From the NCBI GenBank assembly GCA_030390025.1, contig CM059432.1, positions 141,176,001-141,240,000 on the forward strand: DNA of 64,000 nt. Direction: 5' to 3'. The notes beneath the pieces are model-generated. The model did not search any database, was not told where the DNA came from, and saw nothing but the letters and a program-made list of their open reading frames with translations. This document shows, one piece after another, positions 24,652-37,820 of this stretch. A program made the translations under genes and the position numbers. Position 1 is the first letter of the stretch. Each line of letters opens with the position of its first letter. Source of the stretch: Squalus acanthias (Eukaryota).

Positions 24652-26074
24652 CTGGAATGGCTTTTGATTTTCATGCCCTTTCTTTATAATTTCACTAAAT
24701 ATCGGAACAGGAAGAGGCCAATTAGATCATGGCTGATCTGTATCTTAACCCCATTTATCCACCTTAGTTCCATTACCCTTAATATCCTTGCCCAACTAAA
24801 GTCTACCAATCTCAATCTTGAAAATTTCAAAGGAAATATTCACAAATGTTGCTACGTACATCAACCACAAGAATTGTTAACCGTTCTTTTCATTTGCATT
24901 CTATTTTCCACCATCCCTCCTCTATGCTATTTGTTAAACTTTAGATTTACTTTTTTTTTGCTATCTAGTCTATTTTTTCCTGTATCGTTCCTCACTTTAA
25001 AGACGAAAATATCTAGAAACGACCACAGCACAAAAAAACAGCCGCCTCATTCTGTAGTTTTATTAAACCACGTTCACCTCGAATGTTTTGAGAGAGAGAA
25101 AAGTATTTAAAAAAATCACACTGAAGAGAGGCCCTATTATTATCCTGCGTCTGGCCGTGAGACCAAACTCGATGGTAACAAAGGAACGCTGGCCTATGAA
25201 CACTAGCTGCAAAATCTTGTAAGAAGATTAATTAGTAGCGTTTAATTTACAATTTAGGCTCCCTTGCAATCTTTCAAGTATACATTCAAGATTTTACCCT
25301 CTAATCACATCACCCTGACAGTGCGAAGCGATGCACCAGATTGGAAATAATTTTGGCCAGAAAATATTTTTTATGATCCTCTATCCAAAGTTAAGCAGGA
25401 GAGTGGGGGGGAGAAGAGTGGTGCAAATTGGCAAAAGAAATCTGCTTCCTCTTGTGTAACGTTAAGCATTCATATGATCGCATCACTGACATTAATTCCA
25501 GCCCCACGCATGAAGCAAAATAACTTAAACTTCATCATTTAAACTGATGTAAGAAATCTTTCATTAAATAAAAAAAAATAGAAATTTTAAAGGGTCCGTC
25601 TGGTGCTCGTTTAAATTTAAATTTCCTTGAATATGAAGCAATCAATTCCATTGGCAAACCTTGGCCGCTCAGGTCAGTTGGATTGCAGGATTTTCACACG
25701 CCAACCGCCGTTGTTCGTGAAGGTTATTGTGCAATAATCATCTTGGATAAAATACCCAAATGGTACCGTATATAGACTGTAACTCTGGCCATTTCTGATA
25801 AAAAATGTTTCTTCAAAATGACAAGAGTCACCTTTAGCAACGCCAATGATGCTAACATTGTAAAGGTTTCTCACGTGAATTTTCAAACTTCCGAGTTTGT
25901 TGCCATGGTGGGTTAATCAATGTTTACTTCCTGCTAAATTAAATACTACATTCTACAAATCATCATGGAATGGAAATAAAGCGTTAAGACAGGTGCTTCT
26001 GTCAACATAGAGTATATACCATTCATTCATTTTAGAATAACTTATTATTTAAAAACCAGCCTTCAAGAACTTAC

Positions 26075-26110
26075 CCTTGGACCCCTGTCTCCCTTCTGAC
26101 CAGAAGGACC
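26075..26110 (-). CDS. col14a1: COL2 exon (GPSGQKGDRGPR), 36 nt
   Basis: ttacag/gtaagt; 4 triplets. Confidence 0.93.
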
Positions 26111-28197
26111 CTGTAATAGAATTAACAGTAGCGAATGGTTGATACAGAAATACACAGAGTTCAGAGACAACTCTTACATATGATTACAAACAGCACAGAA
26201 ACAGGCCATTTGTCCCAACTGGTCCATGGTGGCGTTTCAGCTCCACACGAGCCTATCCTTCTATTCCTTTATCCCTCACATTCTTATCCAGCTCCCACCT
26301 TTAAATGTTGTGTCCTCTCTTAACATACATTGCTTTTTTGAATTAATGTGAAGTAAATCACATCAGTTACTTAAATCGCTTGTTTCCTTTGCTGCTGCTA
26401 ATGGTACTTTTTGACAATGATCTTCAGTTATTAATAACCCGCTCACTGCACTGCAGGAACTATGATGAAAATCGTGCCGATCTGCAAATGTGCTGAAAAG
26501 GAATATAACCAGCAATGGAATATCATGCAGATGGCTTTGCAAGGGTTCCAAACTTCCTTTGGCAGACTCCTTCATTCTTGATGCTCTGAGGATTAAAGTT
26601 AAATATTTACAACGTGAACATCATCTGCCTGGAATCTGTCATGATTCTATTTTCACTTGTATGCTTTTTCATAGTCGGACCCATCCGCACGTTTTTGAAC
26701 ATCTCTACACATTTACTTGGAGGCCAACAGCATTCTTTGGCTTTGATTCACCGCAGATTATCCTGGGCAGACTGCAATCAAAATGCCTTAGAAAATCTAC
26801 ACATACGTTAGCATCGATGTCCAAGCTCACAGACACCAAACGAAGTTTGAATGACCTGAAGCAAAGCACCAACGAAGAGACAATGTAATGTTGCCAGATC
26901 AGCGTAGGAGAATCAAGCATTTTATGACGAGTTCATCCAGGAAAATTAGGAGCACGTCATTATTGGACTTGCACCCACCCCCTCCGCCAAAAAGTTAGAG
27001 CGAGGTTACTGAACCCGTATTTTCTGATGACTTGGTGTCAGGATGAAGCAGTATTCATTTTGTGTTACTTGATGCATAGGTGTACTGGTATTCTTTAAAA
27101 TGGAAGCTGCAAATCATTGCTATTCATTGCGAGGACCACAGTACAGTAAGTAAGTGGCACACAGTTAATCACTGGGCATCCTGAAACACAATTCCAATGG
27201 ATTCCAATCAGTAAATCTCTTCATTTCCCAAACAATGGTCTTAATTGTTTAAAATACCCATTGAAGACCGAGTCTGTGTGAACTTTCCTAATCTGTCCTA
27301 GTAAGGGCCAACGCTAAAGAAAGACAAACATTTCGAGCAAATTTATGCTGGATGGGGACTCTTTCGCTGATTTTCCCCCACGAAGCCTACAACTTTGTAA
27401 AGTCGCTGCCTTTGTGGTAAGAAAAGGCATTTCAGTGTTTGAACTGAATGGATAACGTCATCTGAATGGTCTGAAAAGTTTGCTCTAAATAAGAGTCTAA
27501 TTAATGGAGAGACAATAAATTTGAGAAGAGTTGGCTGGGGCTATTGAGAGCCTGGAAATGCCAGAAATGTCAAGTATTTTGTTAAGTGTAATTAACTAGG
27601 GAATTGTTTTTTTTGTTTAGCTTTTCCAGTGGTCATACTGGGCAGAATTTGGAGGCACATTCATTGCCGTCTTGAATAGAGTATGAATCGTACTCATAGT
27701 TTGTTCATTCTCCAGTGCACTGGTGCATCAACACTCTGAACTGAACTGCTCGGACCAAGGTTTACATCCCAAATACACCATTGGTAACAGGTGCTGGCTG
27801 GAGGTCAGAAACCTCTACACAGGGTAGGAGGTAGGAGAGTAAAGGAGACAGCAAGTAACCTGAGACTGTTCTTTAGAAGCCTCTGGGAGTTTGCTCTAAA
27901 GCAGCAACAGCCTGGCAACAGGTTGTCTCTTTCTCTCTCCTCTCAGCTAAAGAATAGAGTAAGACAATGGAGGATCTGAAGAGAAAATCAATTTCGAACA
28001 GGAAAAAAAGGAGCAATGGTATCCATTTGTTAGTTTCAGTTCGTATTACTAAATTCGAGTTTACATCAACTATGGCCAGGAAATTTTTCTCGGAAAGCAA
28101 GGTTGCACTTCCAGCAAAGTCATAGCGGGAGCTGCTCCAAGGAAATTCCCACCTATAATGCAATCACTCAGTCTATTAGCCACTCTAATCTCTGAAC

Positions 28198-28596
28198 TAG
28201 GGTTGCCAACCCTCCAGGATTGGCCTGGAGTCTCCAGGAATTGAAGATTAATCTCCCGGACACTGCCGCGAGCAACACCCCGGGAGAAAAAATAGTGGCA
28301 TTAAAACAAAACTGTGTGTTTGTTTCATTTTCTTTAAACACTTTTGTTTAATTAGTTATAAAAATATTGGAGATGGGGGGGGGGGGAAAATAGGTTGTTT
28401 GACTGACAGTCAAGAATCATCTAATCAGGTAACAAAGATTCTGTTCGCATTCCGATTGGCCGTGGGAAGGCGGGGCGCTGTGAGGATGGACGTGTCGGGC
28501 GACCAATGGCGGGAGAGTGGGGGGCGGGGCAGTTGGAGGCAGGAGGTCATGTGATGACACCTCCAGGTATACGTCCAACCAGAGTTGGGAACCCTA
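28198..28596 (+). mobile_element. hAT (Blackjack-like) MITE
   Basis: TIR tagggttgccaac / gttgggaacccta; 8-bp TSD ctctgaac/ccctgaac. Confidence 0.85.
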
Positions 28597-29051
28597 CCCT
28601 GAACAGTGCTGTAGCCTTTTACCCAACGCCGATATCAGCCAGATCAGACCAGACAACGAGCTGCTTTATTTTACTGCCCACATAAAGTTAGGTACGTCGA
28701 ATATGAATAACAGTAAAATGCCAAAATAAAATTAGGAAGCATCTTCTTGTACTGAACAGTTGGTGTCAATGATAATGCATTATGTATTATGAATCAAACA
28801 GAATATGTGGCTCTATTGCTACGATCCTCCAATCATAAAACTAATACCTGACCATCACTAATGTTTCGCAATGCTTAATATTCAAACATTGACCTGAAAA
28901 TAATGGCATGTTTCTACAGTAAATGGTGCAGAAACAATCCTTTAGTCACCAGTGAAATAAGAAATGAAATCACTGTCCTTTTTTTTGTCTATTTACAGTT
29001 AAACAATTCTTTGTCTTTTCTCGAAGTATAATCTGTTAATGTTCTACTTAC

Positions 29052-29123
29052 AGGAGGTCCTAATTCGCCCGGGGGGCCCTTGTTGCCTGAAACTCCGGGG
29101 GAGCCTGGGACACCTGGACTTCC
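29052..29123 (-). CDS. col14a1: COL2 exon (GSPGVPGSPGVSGNKGPPGELGPP), 72 nt
   Basis: ttcatag/gtaagt; 8 triplets. Confidence 0.95.
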
Positions 29124-32099
29124 CTATGAAGCCATTAAATGCAAAGTTAATTTCACAGCACAGATGCACAAACTGCTTAAACAACTCGATTCAGACCGAT
29201 TTGGGGCATGTAAAGAGCTTGCATCGAAACCTGGCATCTCACAGGGGAAAGGAAATGAACGTTTAACTTTATAAAAATAAGAAGAGCAGCAGGAAACTTA
29301 AGGCTTTCAAAGCGAAGTGTGTCAACAACCTCATTTATACTTAATTATTATTTTGAGTTTAGAATATGTGCTGCTCTTTATGAAGCATAAAATGTTTCAG
29401 CACCACGTGAAAATGTTGTGTATATAATTCAAAAAATGAAGAAAAACATTTAAAAATCAGAAATATTAAGCTTTTAAGTATAAATTAATCTTTTTAAAGT
29501 CTAAAATGAATGTTAAGAATACTCTTTCTAGTTTGTAACTAAAGGTGGCTGTGCAGCACATTTCTACAAGGAGAGAATTGTATTTTGTATAGGATAAGTT
29601 GGTTGTAAAGTGTGCAATATTAGACTAATAGTGCAGAATACACTTATTCAAAACCAACACTTACGTTTTAATAACCAGGAATTTAATTGATGATTGTCAA
29701 CTAATCCAAAAGGCGAAACAGGATAAATATTCTTGATAAAGAAGGTGGTGATCGAATTTCCAGATGTCACCTCGCACAATAATTATACCTCACAGTCCCT
29801 GGTGCTTTTAAAACTCAGCTATACCTTATTGTGATGACAGCATTACTGACTAAAAGAGATAGTTTTCAAGGAAGTGGGGAGACGTTAATAATAATTAATA
29901 TTTATAGAAGACGACTGTCAGCTGTTGACTGTGCCATTCTTTAGCAATGCAGTTGGGGGGAATTATAAGAGAATGCAGGCAAGATGGTTTCTAATCGCAA
30001 AGCAAGAGATCATTGGTCTGCAATGAATCAAATATTGCAAGCAAATAACACGATATATCACAGAGAGACATGAACTAATAAATAGTTATGATGAGAAAGG
30101 AGCTATTTAAACATGAGCATATTGAATAAAAAATGAACACATGCAAAGCAGATTACTAACCATGGAGGACCTCGTTTCAATGCTCTGGAGCAAATCCCAA
30201 GCACTTTTTGCAACCAGTGCGGTTTTAAGACTTAATTTGTCAAAATGTCAATATTCTGGATCTTTTACAAAGCCTGGAAGAATTAGACTGAACGCACCGC
30301 CCATAAAATTATCTGTATTTATTTTCTGCTGTTAAGTTAAAGTTGCTAAATTTCCTAAAATGTTAGCACTCTATTTGCATTAGTTAAACTTACAAAGTCT
30401 CTAAATAAACGCATTAATTTATTGAAGCTTCTGCTTGCGATTAAATACAAATAAGAATTGTCTTTGTATAGTTCGCAATATTTGGAATCTGTGTTTTATT
30501 AACTTAAATTAACTGAGAACCCAGACAAGATTACATTTGAATGCTGAATCCTATTTTTGAGCAGCCGTAATTCAAAATGAAGAGTGTTGGACCATCACTC
30601 GGAAGAGGCCTGATCTGAGCAAATATCCCAACTTTGAAGTAGCTCTTTAATAGGAAAGGAGATGAAAATGTTGGCCAAGGTGACCAATACAACAGTCATC
30701 TGTTTGATACATCTTTGGGCAGCACATTGACTGATATTGTGGATGATCCCAATGCTAGACTGGAAGAAGATATTGGCAGAAAGGTGATGGTGATCTTGAC
30801 TGCGACAGGTTGGCTATAGGTGTCCATGCTGCCTGAAGCCTGAAGGGGCAGTTGTCCTAGGTCATTGCCAGTTGCTGCGACTTAAAACACGAACCCCCAT
30901 TATTAATTTTAACTTGACTTGGCTTCCATAGGTCACTTAAGAGCCTCCCAAAGCTTGTACTGAAAGCTTGCATTGCAAGAGACCCTTAATATGTCCCCTC
31001 TATGTTTAAATAAAAGAGAAAAAAAACCTGCAATTACTGGGAAATTGAAACAGGAGCAGATAATGCTGCAAATATACAGCAGGTCAGTCAATGCCTTAAA
31101 GGGAAAAGAGAGGTTATCATTCAGGGTATAACCTGTCAGGATTAGCCTTTCAATTACAGTCAGCTTCCTAGGGACTTTGCAGAAAATATTTGGGTCATTT
31201 TTTCCCCCAAATGCTCCCTACATGTTTTAATACAAAAAAATTTAAATATAACTTCACCACCCTTTCACTGCCTGAAAGGGTGGTGGAAGCAGATTCAATA
31301 GTAACTTTCGAAGGGAATTGGATAAATACTTGAATTTGCTGGGCTATGGGAAGAGCCGGGCTATGGGAAAGAGCCGGGGGAGTGGGACTAATTGGATAGC
31401 TCTTTCAAAGAGCCGGCACAGGCACGATGGGCTGAATGGCCTCCTTCTGTGCTGTATTATTCTATAAGTTTAAATTTAAATAAATACAAAAAAAACTAAA
31501 CAATGTTGAGAAAAAGCAAAGTAGAATCGAAACCAACACTAAAAGGTACTGAAAAAATTAAAATTAAAAAAATATATACAATAAAGCATCTGCCCTTTAA
31601 AATCTCTGACACCCAAACGTTCCCTTTATGTCTAACCTAAATGGGTGAGCAAACCGGAAATCACACTGTGCCTTATTTACATCTATGATCCAGGCTGAAA
31701 ATAGTATTATGGTTGGAGCAAAGAAAACATTTTTAAAGGATGGTAGCTCAAAGATTTACCTTGCACAAGATAACGAGGCCCAAGAGATTTGCACAATGTG
31801 CACTTTGGACTGTTCACTATTAGTAAAAAGAGATTATCGTGTCAAAACCAGATGAGTTCTTTCAAAGAGACCCTCCATGCTCTGTCATTATACACTCATT
31901 AAAATGCAAAGAGGATATGAAATCAGCTTGCTCACATACTTACATTTAGCCAACTTGAGCAGGGCGCCAGGCTGAACAAGCATTTTAAACCATTCCTTAT
32001 ACTATTGCTTATGTCAATCGATGCGCCTATATTACAGTCGTATGCAGACAGTTTGACATGTCATCTTTGCTTTGAGGGAAACAAATTCACAAAATGGTG

Positions 32100-32500
32100 T
32101 TGTTTTCCTTAGAGCAGAGAAGGCTGAGGGGGGACCTGACTGAGGTGTACAAAATTATGAGGGGCATAGATAGGGTAGATAGAAAGGAACTTTTCCCTTA
32201 GTAGAGGGGTCAATAACCAGGGGGCATAGTTTCAAGGTAAGGGGCAGGAGGTTTAGAGGGGATTTGAGGAAAAACTTTTTCACCCAGAGGGTGGTTGGAA
32301 TCTGGAACTCACTGCCTGAAAGGGTGGTAGAGGCAGGAACCCTCACAACATTCAAGAAGCATTTAGATGAGCACTTGAAACGCCATAGCATACAAGGCTA
32401 TGGGCCAAGTGCTGGAAAATGGGATTAGAATAGACAGGGCTTGATGGCCGGCGCGGACACGATGGGCCGAAGGGCCTCTTTCTGTGCTGTATAACTCTAT
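32100..32500 (+). mobile_element. CR1 3' fragment, nearly identical to 4333-4740
   Basis: Direct comparison. Confidence 0.9.
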
Positions 32501-33395
32501 GGGGGAAAAATTCAGTTGGTTGCACCTCCCGTTAGCGCCTTAAGAGGGCGCTAATGGGGCGCAAAGCATCTAGCGCCCAGGCGTGGCGATGTTTGCACCG
32601 CTCGCGAAATTAACTAGACATTTTGCGGCGGCACTAAACACTACTGCCACGATCTCCTGCGCCGGCAGATCGTGACGTCAGTCGAGTGCGCAACGCCCCG
32701 GTATCGCCCCGGAGCGGATATTGAGTGGCGCCCCCTGCCTTACCGCCTGACGCTAGCAACAACAGGTTGAGGGGAGCATTTTGCAGTCATGAAGGGACTG
32801 GGGGAGCGCTATTTAAAGGCGACCGCTTCCTGCCTTTTATTGTTGGTGCCATTTTTGCACCACGCATTCTGAGAGAGAGAGAGAGAGAGACTTCTGGAGA
32901 GATTCAACGCTGTGTGAAGGAGTTTTGGGTACTGAGCAGCACTTTGCAGGTTCATTTTGATTTGCCCTTCCTTGTATCGATTTAGAAGAGACTGTGGGGG
33001 CTGCACTCTGAGCTCTTTCCCTGGTACTCTCCATTGTTCTTTCCAGCAGATTTGATGTACAGGTCTCTCCAGGCCGAGATTCAAGGCTGCAATGAGCAGG
33101 ATGTGGATGGAGAGCAAGATCAACCCTCCCCTTTAAGAACTGGCCGGCGCCATTGTGTCTGTGTTCCATTGCTGACTGACATCACATGAGCTTCGCCAGC
33201 GCTCTGAGGTAGCGCCTCGCTCCTCGGCGTTAGCGCCTTAAGACAGGTGTGAAGCGCTTGATTTAGCGCTCCAATCACCTCCAGGGGCGATAAAAGTCAA
33301 GTTTGCAGTCGGAGGCGATAATTAGCGCCAGGCGCTAAACTTTGCGCACAGCCGATAATTGCGCCCCAAACGGGGCGATACTGAATTTCTCCCCC
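32501..33395. mobile_element. GC-rich PIF/Harbinger-like non-autonomous element
   Basis: TIR gggggaaaaattcagt / actgaatttctccccc; 3-bp TSD TAT inside a CR1 tail. Confidence 0.8.
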
Positions 33396-35024
33396 TATGA
33401 CTCTATGACTTCTACTCGATATTTAATCTGTTGTTTAGTAATTAACTTTTGTCAGGGCCCTGAAATTGAATAAGGAAACCTCTACAGCAACATAACTACA
33501 AAATGTGGGAGACCAATATCACAGCTGCACTCTCCAAAGGATATTTTCCCTGAACCCAAGAGGTTGTGGCTTTGTGAAGTGCGTGAAGCAGATGTACAGT
33601 TCTGCAACTCTAACCAGGAGCACAGCACTAACACCCTACTAATTTGCTTCTATAGCGAGTGACAGACGAAAGCTGCACGAGCGCTTGAAGACTCATTGGG
33701 AGGAGGGGGAGGGCAGCTTTGACTTTGGGCAGGAGAGTAAAACGGGGTATATGGGATCAGCTGCCCGTTACACATCTCTCTCCCCCGCCGCTGACTTTCA
33801 TTTCCTTGGATAGTGCCAGAGGAGGGAGGCCGGGTCCAGGTGTGTAAGGCACTAAGATTACCAATTACCAGTATTTCGTTGTCGCTGGAATATGTACAAC
33901 TGTATTCAGTTAGAAAGCTTATGGAGAAATGTGAGTTCATGCAGCAATTGGCAGAAGCAGCAGAGAGACTGAATGGTGGTAAATAATGGCAAATAACTTG
34001 CAAAATGTCTGCATTAGAATGAGTGATAGGGGTTCCAGTGACTATAACTAGAGTTACATATGTAATATCTGCCAAGTGCCACATTAAGACATGTTAGCTA
34101 CTTTTTTAATGTATAGATACCATCATTCATCTCATACCTTTGGTCATTCTACTAATTGCGTGTTACAATAAAATGGTTTAATTGGATTTTTCTATATAAT
34201 TTCTAAATCATTTTCTTCACTTGTTCCACCAAGTTTTTTGCTTAACAGTTCAATAGATTTCTAATGTGTGAACAGTCTGTCTAATTGTTATCCAATACGG
34301 CAGACTTCAGCCGATCGTGTTAATCATGCCAATCTGCTCGGTTACACAAGGGCTGCGACTTTTAGACTTGCCCTGGTGCTTATTGATCAAGGTTCATTTA
34401 TGGAAAATAAGTCCATAAATACTTTTTACAGAGGAAAAGTGAAAGTGGGAGCCCCTGAGGAGGGTGTGATAGAGGTTAACATTGTGATAAATATTCAACA
34501 ACAAAAAATCCATTAAAAAGTTACTGGGGCCGAAAAGAGGAAAGTCGTCAAGTTCATGTGATTATCGATCCCAGAATACCGAGGGAGGGGGCAGTGGGGT
34601 ATTAATCACAATTTTCTAAAGATCTTTGGAGAGTTAAAAGGCAAAAGAGATAAAACAGAAGTGCAGTGACCTACAAGGCTACGGACCAAGAGCAGGAAAG
34701 TGGGATTAGGCTGGATAGCTCTTTTTTGGCCGGCACGGACACGATGGGCCAAATGGCCTCCTTCTGTGCCGTAAACGTCTATGATTCTATGCCAGTCTAT
34801 TTAACCTTACCTCGGTGGTTGGCGAGCTCACTCTCATGGCACAGAGTGCACGTTCGTTGGGAGTTTGGGTGCAAGGGTCAGCTGGCCACAAAGGATTAGT
34901 TTTAATGGACGGAAAATCTCCCGCTTTCACACTTGAATTCTTGATGATTGCTCTGTGCCGGAAGGGCGAATGTTAAAATTTACTCTCTGGAGTCCGTTAA
35001 ACGGGATGAAATGAGTCAATCAAT

Positions 35025-36040
35025 CTCAGAATAAGGGGCGGCCATCAACGTTCCCTGTGATTTTTTTTTGGCCCTGCGCGGCCCCTTTAAGGGGCTGTGT
35101 GGGCCATTCAGAATACCGAGCATGCGCGGTTTTTACATTGGCAAGCCGGCTGCGTGGGTTCCCTGGACCACTGCACGGCCGCACAGCTAAAAGGGACCAT
35201 TGTTGACCATTCAGGACTGAGATGAGAAGAAATCTCTTCACTCAGAGGGTGGTGAATCTTTGGAATTCTCTACCCCAGAGGGCTGTGGATGCTCAGTCGT
35301 TGAGTATATTCAAGACTGAGATAGATAGATTTTTGGATACTAAGGGAATCAAGGGATATGGGGATCGTGTGGGAAGGTGGAGTTGAGGTAGAAGATAAGC
35401 CATGATTTTATTGGAAGGAGTGGCTATGGTACAAGGGGGTAGAAGTTAAGCTGCAGCTGTACAAAACCCTGGTTAGACCACAACTGGAGCACTGTGAGCA
35501 GTTCTGGGCACCACACCTTAGGAAGGATATATTGGCCTTGGGGGCAGTGCAGCGTAGGTTTACCAGAATGATACCCGGACTTCAAGGGTTAAATTACAAG
35601 GAGAGATTACACAAACTAGGGTTGTATTCCCTAGAATTTAGAAGGTTAAGGGGTGATCTGATCGAAGTTTTCAGGATATTAAGGGGAACAGATAGGGTAG
35701 ATAGAGAGAAACTATTTCCACTGGTTGGGGAGTCTAGGACTAGGAGGCATTGACTAAAAATTAGAGCCAGACCTTTCAGGAGTGAAGTTAGGAAACACTT
35801 CTACACACAAAGGGTGGTAGAAGTTTGGAACTCTCTTCCACAAACGGCAATTGATGCTAGATCAATTGTTAATTTTAAATCTGAGATTGATAGATTTTTG
35901 TTAACCAAAGGTATTGAGGGATATGGGCCAGAGGCAGGTATATGGAGTTAGGTCGCAGATCATTCATGATCTCATTGAATGATGGAGCAGGCTCGAAGGG
36001 CCGAATGGCCTACTCCTGCTCCTATTTCTTAAGTTCTTAT
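35025..36040 (+). mobile_element. Composite of two CR1 3' fragments plus a MITE
   Basis: QRRFTRMIPGL, RRLRGDLIEVF; the outer element's tail is split by the inner element. Confidence 0.8.
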
Positions 36041-37039
36041 GAACAGGTAGGCAGGTGTAGCCTAATCAGTGTGGGTTTGGAAAGAGCAGGTTATGCTTGA
36101 CCAATTCAATAGATGCTCCATATAAGGATTTTATGAAAAAATGTGATCAAGTGACCAAGTGATACTAAATATACTAAGTGAATTATTTTCTATGTTCACA
36201 GCGGAGGCTTTAGACTGTGTCCCAAACACAGAAGTTGAATTTCTGGGAGGAAATAGTTATTTCAGACAATGGCATGGAAGTTAAAAGAAGGCAAGGCACA
36301 AAGTTTGGATCGACTTCATGCAAAGGTACTTAAAGACGGAACTGGTGAAATCGACTGTGTCCTTTTAGGGAATCATTAAAAAGAGGAGTCCCTGAGGATT
36401 GTAGAATAGCTAACACAACACCAATCTTTAAAAGGGGGGCATAAGCATAGCATGGGCTCAAGAAGAGGAAAGATGCACAAACGAGTTAGATTTAACTACT
36501 TTATGCAGATGGTGGTGAACATACAAAATGGATTGCCCAAGGAGGCAGACAATGTGGGAAAATTTAAGGATAATTGGAATCAATATTGAAGGAAGTGGGC
36601 AATTAAGAGGGGTCAGTTTTTGAGACCAGTTAAGTCTGCACGAGTATTTTCTGGTCCTGTATTTGTTGTCTTGTGTTTCTTTTTTTTAATCATTTGAACG
36701 TAACTGTTTCGCTGTTGAAAGTGAATTGTTGTGACAACATATGTATTCCAAATAACCGGATCTACAACAAAACAAGAATCCGGCAAAAAAATAAAGTGGC
36801 CCAAGAACTTTCTTCCACTTAACAAAACTTTACGCCTCTGGGTGAAAATGCATTTCACAATTTAAAATAAAAGTCAATTCACCAGTGACGCATAAGATCA
36901 AAAAGAAGCAGTCCTAATTATGTAATGCCTGGTACTTGATCGGGTACAAAGCACGGCGTCTGATATGTGGAATGAAAATGGTGCAGGAGCTTCTCAGGAT
37001 TTTCTGGCAAGATTCCTTAGCTATACAAAAAAAACTTAC

Positions 37040-37093
37040 CCTCCTACCTGGAAACCCAGTTGTTCCAACTGGACCCTCCGTACCTCTTCGACC
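37040..37093 (-). CDS. col14a1: Additional COL2 exon (GRRGTEGPVGTTGFPGRR), 54 nt; no counterpart in the human chain as I recall it
   Basis: tttttcag/gtaagt consensus sites, exactly 6 Gly-X-Y triplets, phase 0/0. Confidence 0.85.
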
Positions 37094-37161
37094 CTGAAAA
37101 ATTGACATTGTTAAATACTAATATCTCGCTACAGTACAGGGGGGCATGCAAATGTACTTAC

Positions 37162-37215
37162 CACAGGCCCAGATGAGCCTGGCAGCCCTACAGAACCATC
37201 TTTACCCACTGGACC
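37162..37215 (-). CDS. col14a1: COL2 exon (GPVGKDGSVGLPGSSGPV), 54 nt
   Basis: atccag/gtaagt; GKDGS conserved. Confidence 0.95.
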
Positions 37216-37409
37216 CTGGATCAAAAGTTGATTGCATAGGTCATTTAGTGATTTAAACAGAAGAGATTTTTTTTGCAAAAATAAACTCATGTACACCTAC
37301 ATGTTCCTACCCACAGGCAGTTCACTCAAATTCCAGAGAAGACGACTTTCGCAAACGATAAAGTAAATTTTAGGAATTTGCACTCTCTGGTGAAGAGCAT
37401 TAAACGGGA

Positions 37410-37820
37410 GAATTTGCATTTCTATAGCACCTTTCATGACCTCAGGACGTCCCAAAGTGCTTCACAGCCAATGAAGTGCTTTGAAGTGTAGTCACTGTTG
37501 TAATGTAGGCAACGCGGCAGCCAGTTTTGCGCACAGCAAGCTCCCACACAACAGCAATGTGGTAAATGACCAGATAATCTGTTTTAATGATGTTGGTTGA
37601 GGGATAAATATTGGCCAGGACACTGGGGAGAATTCCCCTGCTTTACTTCCAATATTGCTGTGGGATCTTTTACATCCACCCGAGAGGACAGACAGGGCCT
37701 CAGATTAACGTCTCACCCAAAAGACGGCACCTCCAATAGTGCAGCACTCCCTCAGTACTGTACTGGAGTGACAGCCTAAATTTTGTGCTCAAGTCTCTGG
37801 AGTGGGACTTGAACCCACAT
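37410..37820 (-). mobile_element. DeuSINE (SacSINE1-like)
   Basis: As 16028. Confidence 0.85.
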
